DNA of 64,000 nucleotides from Epiperipatus broadwayi (Eukaryota > Animalia > Onychophora): positions 3,720,001 through 3,784,000 of the forward strand of contig JAQFVV010000001.1 in the NCBI GenBank assembly GCA_028023455.1. Direction: 5' to 3'. Both the position numbers and the translations under genes were made by a program. Each line of letters begins with the position of its first letter. Positions within the stretch are counted from its first letter, which is position 1. Shown here in pieces: positions 1 to 11,905 of the stretch. Below the pieces are notes generated by a model, which was given only the letters and a program-made list of their open reading frames with translations, searched no databases and was not told the origin of the DNA.

Positions 1-1659
1 GACAATGAATGTGAAATACTCAACAAGCTTTAAACCTCATTGCTACTACTTCCTAAGGTTTTCTCCTTGGTGTTCTTCTATTCATTACATATATAAATCT
101 GAAAAAAATTAAGGAATCATTTTCCAGGAATATATATACACTATTACTTAAACCATTATTTCATATATTTCCTATGTGAATGACACTACTATTTTTTTAT
201 TATCCCAAAACATATTCCTAAATTACTACAAAATTTTAGATGACTACTTTAGGGATTACAACTAGAATTCTATATGGATAAAACTTTTTGTTGGAAAATA
301 TATGCAGGCAATCTTCTGCAAGCTTACTTCAAAGGAAACCCTGTCTCATTTCTTTGTTTCCCCTTGCTTAAATAAAAAATAAAAAAAAAATTCTATTTCA
401 ACAAAACTGAAGAAATTATATGAATAAGACTATGATGTAAGTTATCTTTACTAATCAATAATAGTAAAAATAAAAATTGATCCCAGAGAATGTTTACACA
501 TTGCTTATGTAATTAAATGTCAGGAACTAAGCCATTCTTATATCCACTACAGTGACTCAAGAGAAAATATTAACATAAAATTAAAGCAATATATTATATA
601 TAGAATAGATATACTACTATGTGATACCAATTCTTTTTTAAATAATAACTGAACTGCCCTCTATATGGGTGTCTGATAACTTTAAGAAAATGAACTACTT
701 CTTACCACATTTTAAATCTATTTATTTATTTATCCAGAACAATAACATCCAAAGAGCAAACTTAAATCAGCCTATATATTTCAATGTAAATTAATTTTTA
801 AATAACTAAAGTTAAATTCATAGAATGGAAATATTTCACTGACTTCTAAAACTCTATAATAAATAATCACATATTATATTGTAATGGTCAGATTTGTACA
901 TTCCACATAACAAAACCTAGAGTCCAGATAAAATATTCTAAACCTGATCAAAATTAGATAGGAAGTTCCCACGTCCAACTAAGCTTCAACCTATTTACTA
1001 GTGTTCTATGGCTTAATACCTGTGAATGATATTTCTAAGGTTGCACATGGGTCTAATTTAATTTGCAAGCCAGATCCAAACAGGGAGAGACATAAGACCT
1101 ATAAATGGATTACAATTGCAATACCAAATGGGTTTAATAAACTAATAATATTAAACTTAAGGTAATATTAACAATTAATTCTAATGCATATCAAACTTAA
1201 ATCTAAACAATAATTTAAATGGAATTGGAATACGAGTAAAAATCGGATTGGAATACAAGTAAAATGATAATGAAAACAAAGTAAATTTTAATAAGTTTTA
1301 TTATAATTAATAAAATTGAAAAATAAAATAAAATGAAATACACACACTATTAGAAAACAAAATATATGTGATTTGACACACACAGGCATTATGAAGCAGA
1401 ATGAGATTAATTAAAATGTTACAGTGTATAATCTCATTAGAGTAGGTTTAATAACTTCGTGCGCGGTTGTTTATTTATTATGGTTTTAGAAGTAAGTAAA
1501 ATATCTCCACTGTATAAACTTAATATCCATTATTCAAAAACCAATTTACATTAAAATATATAGGCTGATTTAAATTTGCTCCCTAGCTGTTATTGTTCTG
1601 GATAACTGAAAATAAAATTTTAAAAAAAATCTAAAATACAATAAGACGTAATCCAGTTT

Positions 1660-2200
1660 TCTATTGTAAAAGATTATTAAAAAAGGCAGTTAGAGGGAAG
1701 CTCAATTATTACATAAAATAGAGATGGAGAACTAATAGAGAGAGTAAATGGAGTTTAAATATATATATAGATGTAAACAGAATATTGGGTGCAAGTTAAT
1801 TTATGATAATAGCAAGTAAAGTATTTTACTGTTTAAGGTTCCAATGGGATCTTTAGCAACAAATGAATATACACATAAATGGAACAATGTGGGTGATTTA
1901 GTCTGCAAATTGTGTAAGGAAAGTATAGAAAATATTAGGCATCTGTTAATTGAATCTAAATGCCTGAAAGCAAAAAGGGTACAAATAATGTTGTTGAAGA
2001 ATAAATATAACAAAATGATTATGAATAGAGATATCAACTGGGACATAAACAGGACTTCTCACGGAGAAACTAGATGCTTAAAAAATATCCAAATTTATAT
2101 GGAAAAAATCAAAAAATAGAGTCTTTATTAATCTAGTAGGCAAAGTAAGCCTTATATTACCTATTTATTAATGATGGAAGTCTTTGAAAGGTTTAAGTCC
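1660..2200 (+). mobile_element. 3'-terminal fragment of a non-LTR retrotransposon (clade unassigned), C-terminal CCHC finger region
   Basis: Translation gives ...KWSLNIYRCKQNIGCKLIYDNSK*SILLFKVPMGSLAT...CKLCKESIENIRHLLIESKCL, resembling the YDNS..S.LLF motif plus C-x2-C...H finger found downstream of RT in arthropod LINEs. AATAAA occurs near 2200. No RT core is present. Confidence 0.6.
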
Positions 2201-2235
2201 AATAAAAAATCTATCGTTAAAAACAAACAGAACCA

Positions 2236-2623
2236 ATGCTAAGTAATAGCGAGATTGAAAGCAATATTAATACTGACTTAGAAAGAGTTTTAAAACCACC
2301 CACTGCTAGAATACGAACAAAAGGTAACAATAATAATATTTTATTACAAATTAATACCTCAAAAAGCAGTTTTATATCAGATTCAATATCCTCTAGCAAA
2401 ATTGAGACCAATTCTCAACACTTAATGGTAATGTTAGGCTCCAATAGTGAATTAACTGCTCAAAACTCACTAGAAAAACCATTGGAGTGGCTCCAACATG
2501 ATATTCTGATGCAAGCCCACCCAACAAGTATAAATGCCAATTTCCATGAAGAAATGTCAAAAAATAAAGTCTCCAGAGATTCCGTTGCAAAAAATAAAAA
2601 TGCAATCGATAATGTTTTTATGT
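2236..2623 (+). pseudogene. N-terminal part of LINE ORF1, cut off by the hAT insertion
   Basis: The open frame runs up to the hAT TSD. After excising the hAT plus one TSD it joins the 6268 ORF with a single extra A in the A5 run at 6259-6263. Asn/Ser-rich composition matches the downstream part. Confidence 0.5.
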
Positions 2624-5600
2624 CAGTGGTCTTCAACCTTTTCACACCTGCAGACCGCCAAAAATAAGGATAAGATTTCACAGACTGGTAGAAGTCTACA
2701 GATAAATTTTCTTAAAGATTTAAACTGCTTAGCTTTAGATGAGCATAATTGTTATAACTGACCAAAACAATACATTAGTTACTGTGTATTGTAATGGTGT
2801 TGCTTAGCTTCCCTTGCTGAAGACTCCCGAGTACAGAAAACAGTACAATAACAATCATTCTCATTAATGTGCCTGCATTGCTACATTTATTGTTTCATCA
2901 TTAAAACATGCAAGAATAATGTTATTCACCTGAATGTTGGGAAATATCTGTATTTAATGTTAAATATACAAGATAAAGTTATATATATATATATATATAT
3001 GGAGTTTGTATAATAAAAAAACATTTTTTAATATAAATTTTGAATTTTTTTCGAAAAATAATAAAATATTTGATTCATAAACATCAATGATAACTAGAAA
3101 AACAAATTAATTTATGTATGACTGAGTTTTTGTTTTCATTCTGTTTCTTTTTTTTAATTAGGTAAAAATAAGATTAAAATAACACCAGATTGCATTAGTT
3201 GTTTATTCTTGAAATCACCTGAGGACCACACCCGTAAAGCCACAGAAAATTGAGCTGAAAAGTTATTTTGGTAGAGTCACATAGAAATAAAACAATCATT
3301 ATAAAGATGTCATTTTGCTAAAAAAAAAAAAAAAAAGATAATAGATTTATGTTCTCGCTGAAATGAAATTATCATCAATGATCTGTAGAATTAAAATATT
3401 TTCAGGTAGTCAATGACATTTTATAGTTAAAGATTAAAATTATGATTCCTTAAGAACTGATGATTATAATAATTACTAGAAATTATAAAGAAAGTGTTGA
3501 AATGAGCAGTCAAAAATATATGTAAATCAAATGAATAGCCAGCATATGAGTGATTACAATTTATGTGGTTGATGAGTTCAACTACATATTGAGTGACTCC
3601 TTCCATTCAGGTGGGTGGTTGTGTTATTATCACTATATATATATATAATTCGTTTGAATTCGGATTAAAAAAAGAAACAATCAGCTTTTAAGGCTTAAAA
3701 ATATAGTAATTAGGGCAAAAATTTTCTCATATTAAACTGCATTTAAAAAATTCTACAGCTTTATCTAACATAGAAATAAAAACTATTGTAATATTTTATT
3801 TACAAAAAAATCTAAATTCTAAATTTTTTTATCTACCTAATGTGATGTCTGCTGTTGTTTCTTTGCTACTAAATTTGATATGCGAGGCTGTAGCATTGTT
3901 TCGGAAAGACAAAGTGCTGCTTTAACATCCATTCTATTTATTTGTTTATTTTTTATTATAGATATTGCTGAAAATGTTTTCTCGCATAAATACGAGGTTG
4001 AAAAAATCACCAATAATTTGATAGCTTTGTAACTAAAAGTTGGATATTCTTTTTCAAGTGATAGCCAAAATTGAGATAACAATTGCATTTTATGTCTGGA
4101 CACCAGAGTGAGATCAGATGACAATTCAATTAGATTTTCTTTTTCATGAGATTTAAGTGCACATGAGTTTACATCTTCCAAAAAAGGGTTATTAATCCAG
4201 AGATTACCTTTACGAGGATCCTCACTTTCAGGAAAATAATTATCAAAGTTTTCAGCTAACGCTCTTAAATGCTGACTAATTATGTTGAATATGACTTTCT
4301 GGTTGACATCAGCAGCAGTCAAAAATTCTCCTAAAAGTGGAAACATATCTATATCTTTTTGTTGTACGCGACTATCCCAAAACGATTTTTTTTTCTAAAT
4401 GCGTCCATTTTATTTCTCAATATAAAAATTTTTGTACAAGTTCACTGGAGAGAAAGATTAAGTCTGTTAAGAAGGTCAAATATATCGGCTAAGTATGCAA
4501 GTTTAGCCATCCATTCTTCATTCAACAAAGGTTCTATTAGATCTGATTTCTGCTCTAGTAAAAACTGTTTTACTTCTTTTCTAAGTTCAAAAAGACGTGC
4601 TAGAACTCTTCCTCTTGATAACATCTCACTTCTGCATGTAGAAGAAGGTGTTGGTGGTGTGATTCCATGCTCTCACACAATATTGCAAATAATCTGGAAT
4701 TCTTTGCTCGACTGCGAATTTCATTAATAATTTTAATAGCATCATTCATTACAATATTTAGTTCAGTAGAAAGCTTCTTTGCAGCTAGTTGTTCTCGGTG
4801 GATCATGCAGTGAGTGAACAAAATGTCCAGGTGTGCAACTTTCTTTATTTTTATAATTACTACTGAGCGACATCCAGTCATGCTAGCAGCACCATCCGTA
4901 CATACTCCTATCCATTTACTCCAGTCCAAACCTTGTGCTTGAAAATATTCGTCAAGAACATTAAATATCTCTGAACCAGTAGTCTGTGCAGGTATATCAA
5001 GGCAACGAAGAAGTTCTTCCCTTAAGTCTTTATCTTTGTTATATCTCACGAAGCAGAGTAGAATAGCGTGATTACTTACATCAGTTGATTCATCAAGCTG
5101 AATCGCAAAACATTTCAATTTTTTAATGCCCTCTATAACTTGTTCTTCAATATCTGTGGCCATATCAACAATTCTCCTCCTAATAGTAGTACCTGAAAGT
5201 GATACAGGATTTAGTTCTTTAGCAGCTTGGGGGCCCAAGATGCAAGGCTTTACTAATTCCTCTCCAATCGTAAATGGTTTTTTTTGTTTTAGCTATTCGA
5301 AGAGCAACTAAATAAGATGCTTGAAGCAGTGACTTGTCACTAGTCATCATCTTACTCATTTGATTTTTCTGAATTTTCATTTGATCATGTAATCTTTCAA
5401 AAAATTCTAATGGCTTATGCATAAGTTTTCCATGCTATGAATGCAAATGACATGCAAGTTTGGAAGGTTTCATAGCTTCATTTGACAAAATTTCGGAACA
5501 TACTACACACAAAGGCCGTGGTGATAGTTCACTGTCAGGAGCAACTATGAAACCAAGTTTTAAATACTCCTTATTGTAATTTCTAATAAAATGACCTTTT

Positions 5601-6237
5601 TTTTTTCCTGCACATTCTGAAGTATTGGCATATCTCTTTTTCCTTGTTTCTTCAAGAGTTGAAACACTAGTACTTGGCATACTTTCAGTATCAGCATCTC
5701 TTTTTACTGGAATATTATCCTTGTCTCTTCTTAAAAAGGCCAAAAGGTTTTGCTGTTTGACTTTTTTTGTCTCCATTTGTGAAATTTACAATTTCGAAAA
5801 GAAATGTCACACACAAAATAAAAAGATAATACAAATGCAATAAAATTTTTTGCTATATGTGAACAATAAATGAGCTGACGCAATACAGAAATGCCTACTA
5901 GGTATAGGAAATGACATGTAAGGTAAGGAGTGGTGCAATTCTCATGAGATTGATGCTTTGTCTTTTAAAGATTGCATTTTCAGTAAATTCATTTGATTAT
6001 TATTTAGTAATTATAGCATTATCTAATAATTTAAATAAAATTTTGATTTATAATTAATTTTATTTAAGCAATTGCGATGAAAAAATCGATGAAAAAATAA
6101 ATAAAAATTGTTTATATTAATTAAAAGTTTAAAATCTTATTATTTTGTTATTATAAACTTTCGGCAATCTCTGCGGCCTGGCAGAAAACATTACGCGACC
6201 CGGTGCTGGTCCGTGGCCCAGTGGTTGAAGACCACTG
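2624..6237 (-). mobile_element. hAT superfamily DNA transposon, Buster subfamily, full length (3614 bp), inactive
   Basis: Perfect 15-bp TIRs CAGTGGTCTTCAACC (2624-2638) and GGTTGAAGACCACTG (6223-6237). 8-bp flanks TTTTATGT / TTTTACAT with central TA match the NNNTANNN Buster target. Internal transposase pseudogene. Confidence 0.95.
3837..5776 (-). pseudogene. Buster-type hAT transposase (ZBED5/ZBED8/SCAND3/FAM200-like), frameshifted into 5 ORF pieces
   Basis: Motifs: PLCVVCSEILSNEAMKPSKL (BED-like finger), FAIQLDESTD and VCTDGAASMTG (catalytic Ds), THCMIHRE (CxxH), LLHAEVR/LSRGRVL, FSTSYLCEKTFS (catalytic E and hATC dimerisation region). Split across ORFs 5435-5776, 5219-5422, 4600-5238, 4442-4624 and 3837-4346. 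Confidence 0.93.
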
Positions 6238-6245
6238 TTTTACAT

Positions 6246-8068
6246 TACAAAATAATGCAAAAATATTATGGTTGATTCCACGATTGAAATGCAGATAAAA
6301 CAGAATGGATTTGAGTCAAATAAAGGATATGATAGCAAAAACAATGTTATTCCAGTTAGTAATAACCCCACTTATGCAAACATACTCAAATCTAAAGTGA
6401 TTCACACAGGCCCTGAACATATGAATCACGTTACAAACAATCTAGTATTGCTGGATCTTTTGGAAGGAGATTTAAAACAAAACAGTGTTATACATCCAAT
6501 AGATAATACATTTAACTTCGATACTCTAAATTTTAACGATCAGCAATATGAAATCCTCACTCAACAGTTCAACAGTACCATCCCTATCAATCTTCATAAA
6601 TCACTGCTGAATTTCTACAGTGATAAAAATTTAGTATTAGCCATTACAGACTCAAATTGTTCTTTGATAAAATTTCCCATTGAACAGCTTTTTGAATTAA
6701 TCAAACAGAAAGACTTGGGAAGTAGGATTCACAGAATTGGGAAGTGGGATTCACAGAATCCTTTATCATCCCAATGGCCGCTATATAGCACTTGAGTTTA
6801 ATAATTGGGGTGCCAAAAATCAATTCAGAAGTAGTATTAAGATTATAGGTGATAAATTTGTTTGTTATATTGATCCTACTAGACCTAACATCTTATCTGG
6901 CAGGATCAAGAACTGTATAATGCATTTTCAATGAGAAATGACTTCAAGAGGCACTGAATGCATTTGGGAAAGTCATCAATTTCTCCTATTTTCCAGAAGA
7001 AAGAATAGGCCCTCAAACTTTCTCAAATATAGCCAATTGGCTCTCAAGCAAAATGTTAAATCTACAGACATTCCTACAGTAATCACCTATAAGAACTCGC
7101 ATATGATTCTCTCCTTTCAAGGAGTCAGGCCACAGTGCTTTTATTGCTTTGAGCATTCCCATTTAGTAAGAGACTGCCTGTTTAGAGTTTGCTCCAACTG
7201 TGGTTTAAATAAAAACATAAATCACAAGTGTAGGAGAAGCCAAGATTTACACCCATATTACTTAGATAATCAAAAATCAATCATATCAAATGACAGCTCA
7301 ATGACAGAGTCACAAGGTAGTATAGACAGTATTAATGTTAATCCCAGTTCTCAACAAATATCAAAAGAAATCCAGTATAAATACCAATCATCTATTACAG
7401 CTGTACAATCTTTTGAATCAAATCAATCAGTGATTCTTGATGATACATTAACATTTTCATTAGAATTAAATAATACAAGCAAACTACACACAACTAAGCA
7501 TATCCTACAAAGCACTACCATCTTACAAAGAAGAGAAAATAAAAATATGACTACCCATAAACAAAAATTGAATAAAGATCCATCTAATAGAAATATGAAC
7601 ATCTCGGTGACTACTAGATCCACTAAAAATAAGAACCGACAGGTAAAAACAAACCCGGATCTCACTGTTGAACCTCATTCTGTTAACAGTTCTGAAGATG
7701 AAGCTACAATGGATATAATGCTAGATAAAATAAGCACCAAGAAAAGAAAGTCAACTATTGTCCACAAATCCAGTTCTGAGGACAAAAACTCCCTAGGAAA
7801 AAAGAACAGATACACATGCACTAATAATAAGACAAATATACCCATCATCAAAAAGAAAAACATTGATAACACAATAAAGCCAAATGAAAGGAAGACGAAT
7901 AACAATGACCATAATCTGGTAGAACATATCTCTGATGAACTGCATCAGTCTGCTGAAAAAGTCTGGCAAGGCAGCACAATGCTTATTTCCCCAAGTGAAG
8001 ATATCACTGACACATCATCAAAAGACTCTGCCCCTGTCAGTCAGCATAGTACATACATATCTAATTGA
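6246..8068 (+). pseudogene. LINE ORF1, central and C-terminal part (gag-like, zinc knuckles), frameshifted
   Basis: PTYANIL motif, canonical knuckle CFYCFEHSHLVRDC (CX2CX4HX4C), a second degenerate knuckle CSNCGLNKNINHKC, and a long S/T/K/N-rich tail. Spread over ORFs 6268-6795, 6737-6934 and 6938-8068. Confidence 0.75.
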
Positions 8069-8099
8069 TTTTTTCAAACCCAACATACCTTTCTGTGGT

Positions 8100-11000
8100 A
8101 GAATTTGGAATAATAATCTGTCTATCTATGTATTATAAGTTGTTGGAGTTAATATCAGAGGCATTAATTCCATGGGCAGAGTTTGTGCCATAGAGCAGTG
8201 GATCAAATTAAACTCTCCGCTCATATTCTTCATGGGAGAAATGAAGTTTCACAATAATTCAGATCCCAGAATTAATCAACGCCTTAGTACACATGGATAT
8301 GTTCAGTTCTCAAATAATCTTACAGCTGCTGGGGAAGTGGCAATATTGATAAATAAAAGATTTCCCCCTAACACATTTAAAATTATGTATTTGGATGCTA
8401 ATATTGTGGTTATTGCAGTAACATACCAATATTTGTCAATAAACCTAATGTATATATAAACCTCAAATCCAAATCATACCATAACCAATATAATCAACAT
8501 TATAAACATGATTATGGCTAGTAATAGCTGGCCTACTCTAATACTTGGGGATTTTAATATCTCCTATGATAGATTTAATAGAAACTACATACATCTAATA
8601 CAAAGATCAGTAATGAGTGGTGATGGCCACCTTCATTCCAACTCTTACTCACACTACACCAAAAAGTTTAGATCATTGATTGACCTATTCTTTTACACTC
8701 CTGATATACATTTTATTCTGTCTGCCCAGTTGGAACATGTAGTCTTCTCAGACCACCTTGTGCAGATCATACAAATTGAAGCATTGAATAATGCTGTGCC
8801 AACTGCTAACAATACAATCCGGCTACTAACTAAATCCATGATTACAGAGGCGATACCATCTGAATCCTATATCTACTTTAAAAAGATAGACATCCTTAAT
8901 AAACCCATTGAAGAAGCATAGTTTGCTTTTATTGGCATTCTGCAAACCCTGATCAATCATCACCACTCAGTACAGAAAAGGTCCCCTTGTTCTTCTCAAG
9001 GATTTAGATGATCTCAATAACAGGATGAAAGCCTTTTTTGCAGCCTCCCAGTCCATTGAAGAAGTCATTGCTCTTAAGCTACAATATAAAAGCAAACAAA
9101 AAGTTATAGCTGATTATCTCTCCATCAAGCATTCATGAAAATTTCTTGCACATCAACATTGTTGGACAAAGGGATATCTCTGCTGGGCACTTGGAGCCAT
9201 CAAAAAACCACCTACACCCACCATATTAAAGATTGGTGACAGTTTGTTTGTAGGTGAACCAATGATAAATTAGATATACCGCCATTTCAAACAGAGGCTC
9301 CAGAAAACCAATCATCATTATTGTGACTGGGTCAGAATGAAGTCTGCAACCAATCATGGAATAACTGAGGCTGATTTCAAAAATAAACTTCAAACCATGC
9401 CAGATAAAACTCACCCCAGATAATATGGAATCCCCCTGTTTCTGCTTAATCACCTGAATAATTTTACCATTCCCATCTTGCTAAAGATGACAAATTATTT
9501 GGCACAGGAGAAAAGGTCGATACCTCACCTATATCCTATTGCTCTAGTTCCCTTTCTTAAAAAGCATGAGGACACCCAATCCATACTCAACATCTGCCCC
9601 ATCTCTATGTCCCCACTCATTATCAAGATTCTGGAAACAGTTATTAAGAAAAAAAAGTCAAGACAAGATTTTAAAAGATATTTCACCTTTTCAATATGCC
9701 AAGAAGAATTCATCTCCAGTTCTGGCAATGGGACAGATTAAAATTCTTTTGGACAACATCAGACAAAAGTAGAAAATAAGCTGCCATTGCTGTTCAACTT
9801 GAAATCACTGTGGCTTTTAATTCCATCAACATAAACACCCTTTTACACTTGCTTGAAGAACATCAAATACCAAACTCCATAATTCAAATCATTCAAAACC
9901 TTTTGGACAACAGAGAAATTACTGTATCCCTAAATGGTAGGTTATCATATTTCAAGCCTGAAGCCTCTATCCCCCAGGGCTCACCCCTGAGTGTGCTTAT
10001 GTTTATTACTTATATCAATCCACTATTGAAGGCTTTAGAACAACAGCTTCTTGGCATATATATACCTAGACTGGCTAAAATAATCAATGTGATTGCATAC
10101 ATGAACCATATCATTGTTTTTCTCCCATCATCAAATTTTCTCACTCAGCTTAACTCCATCTTGAAATGATGTTCCAGTAAATTTGGTCTCTTAATAAATC
10201 CATTGAAATCTGCAACATGGAAGATCTGTAATGGAAAAAAAACTGCATCTAAGTTCAAAGCAGAGCCTCAAAAATTTCTAGGATTTGCACTTGCCAAATA
10301 CATACCCAAATGTCAAAAGACATACATAATGAAATTCTATTACCAATGGAAAACTTAACCCAAAAATTATCAAAGTCTATCTGTCCCTACCTGGGAAAGT
10401 AGCCATATTGAATATGAAAATTATGGCCAAAAAATTATTATGTGCCAATCATCAAACTTACCAAAACATTTATCAGAAAAGTAAACACTCTTGCAGTGAG
10501 ATTATTCTGGAAAGGCAAAGTTGCTGCATTTAGCATCAAGCTCATGCAACAACATAAAAAATACAATGGTTTGTCCCTGCATTCTCTCCAGGCTATTGCA
10601 GTACAGAAAACTTTCAGCTTGATCTCAATAATAATCAAAATCTTTGGATATGAGCAGATTCTGGAGCCAATAATTCCTACTGATAGACCACTGCCTAGAG
10701 CTAAGAACTTCATAGACTCATCAATTGATCTGATTAAAAAATACATGGTCATCACCCATGACACATTTGACAATCGAATCAAGATATGGTAAGAATACAG
10801 ACTAATACATCAAGTCACCATTGATATATGTCCCAAGTTGGGGACTCCCAATAGAAAACTGATGACTCTCTTCAGCTTCTGGAGCATGGAGTCTAAATAC
10901 CTGGATTTTGTACTCAAAATCAACATCAATTCAGTGAGTACCAACTGGTTTCTTGCATATAAGAGAGGCATTGTTAAAATTAATTCTATTTGTCCTCTCT

Positions 11001-11340
11001 GTCATAGGCATGAAGAAACATTTGAACATCTGATATGCTCATGCCCTTGTCTCCAGATCGCAAGAAGTACAATTGTCAAGAACCTCAACATTGACTATTA
11101 CTTAATCATACCACTCAATGACAGCATAAGAACAAGATCAATTGCAACAATCAGATTGTCATTATTTATAAACTATGCAATTTGGACTGTAAGGTGCAGA
11201 AAAATATTCAAACCAATGCTTTTGATGAAGAGGCTTTTACCATTAGGAAACTACAAAAAATGAAGAATCGTGACAAACTGCTAACTTCCAACTCAAGATT
11301 TTATAAACATGGAATCTCATTAAGAACATTTAATGAACGG
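8100..11340 (+). pseudogene. LINE ORF2: APE endonuclease, reverse transcriptase and C-terminal CCHC finger; many stops and frameshifts
   Basis: APE motifs IFFMGEMK, LILGDFN, SLIDLFF, FSDH. RT motifs PFLKK..CPISM..KILE, PQGSPLSVLMF, IAYMNH (degenerate YADD). Finger ICPLCHRHEETFEHLICSC. Confidence 0.9.
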
Positions 11341-11689
11341 AACAGTCTGCTGAACTGAGTCATTTGTCAGGCAGATTGGGTAAATACACATCGTTATTGA
11401 TGGACTGCTTAGTTTGAACATTAGACAATGGTACCAGATATCACAGTTATTAACACACATTTATTTTATCCCTTATTCTATTTGTATTAATCTATATGTC
11501 CTTATGGATTCATTAATGTATATAACATATTCATCTTGCTTGATTATCATTTTTACACATGTATTAGCTTATATTTTATACTTGTTTCTTTTGTACAATA
11601 TATAACATATTGATTTCGCATTCAATAAATTATAGAGAAAACAAAGTGATTATACAGAAAGTTGGTTATTGTTTTTTATGCTGGGTTTG

Positions 11690-11905
11690 GAAAAAAATAA
11701 GAGAGATTTAGATATAAAGGCCATGGAGTTGACAAAGATTATGTAGTGGAGATGAGATAGAGCAGGTTAGAGAAGAATATGGAAAAACTTAGAGTGGAGA
11801 ATGGAAAAGGAAGTTAAAGTAGTTAATAGGATTCTCTGGGCATAGTTTCTGAGAGATTCCTGTCTCCATATAAGGAAAAGTCACAGTGCATCACATCACA
11901 TCAGA
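11690..11905 (+). mobile_element. possible 3' end fragment of an RTE-clade LINE
   Basis: Translation RFRYKGHG...RLEKNMEKLRVEN / ...NRILW resembles the RTE C-terminal W.D.V..DL..L.V.NW...A.DR..W pattern, followed by an ACATC repeat tail. Confidence 0.4.

Larger units (their letters stand above)
2228..11640 (+). mobile_element. L1-clade (Tx1-like) non-LTR retrotransposon, decayed, interrupted by a hAT insertion at 2624-6237
   Basis: ORF1 with CCHC knuckles followed by ORF2 with APE endonuclease, RT and C-terminal zinc finger in L1 order. AATAAA and an A-rich end lie at about 11625-11644. About 5.8 kb after removing the hAT. The 5' boundary is approximate. Confidence 0.85.

Noticed and set aside
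1-1150. Possible minus-strand LTR-retrotransposon pol remnant (VEA*LDVGTSY protease-like)
   Set aside because: Only one weak motif; spacing to putative RT/RNase H hints is too short and they are unconvincing.
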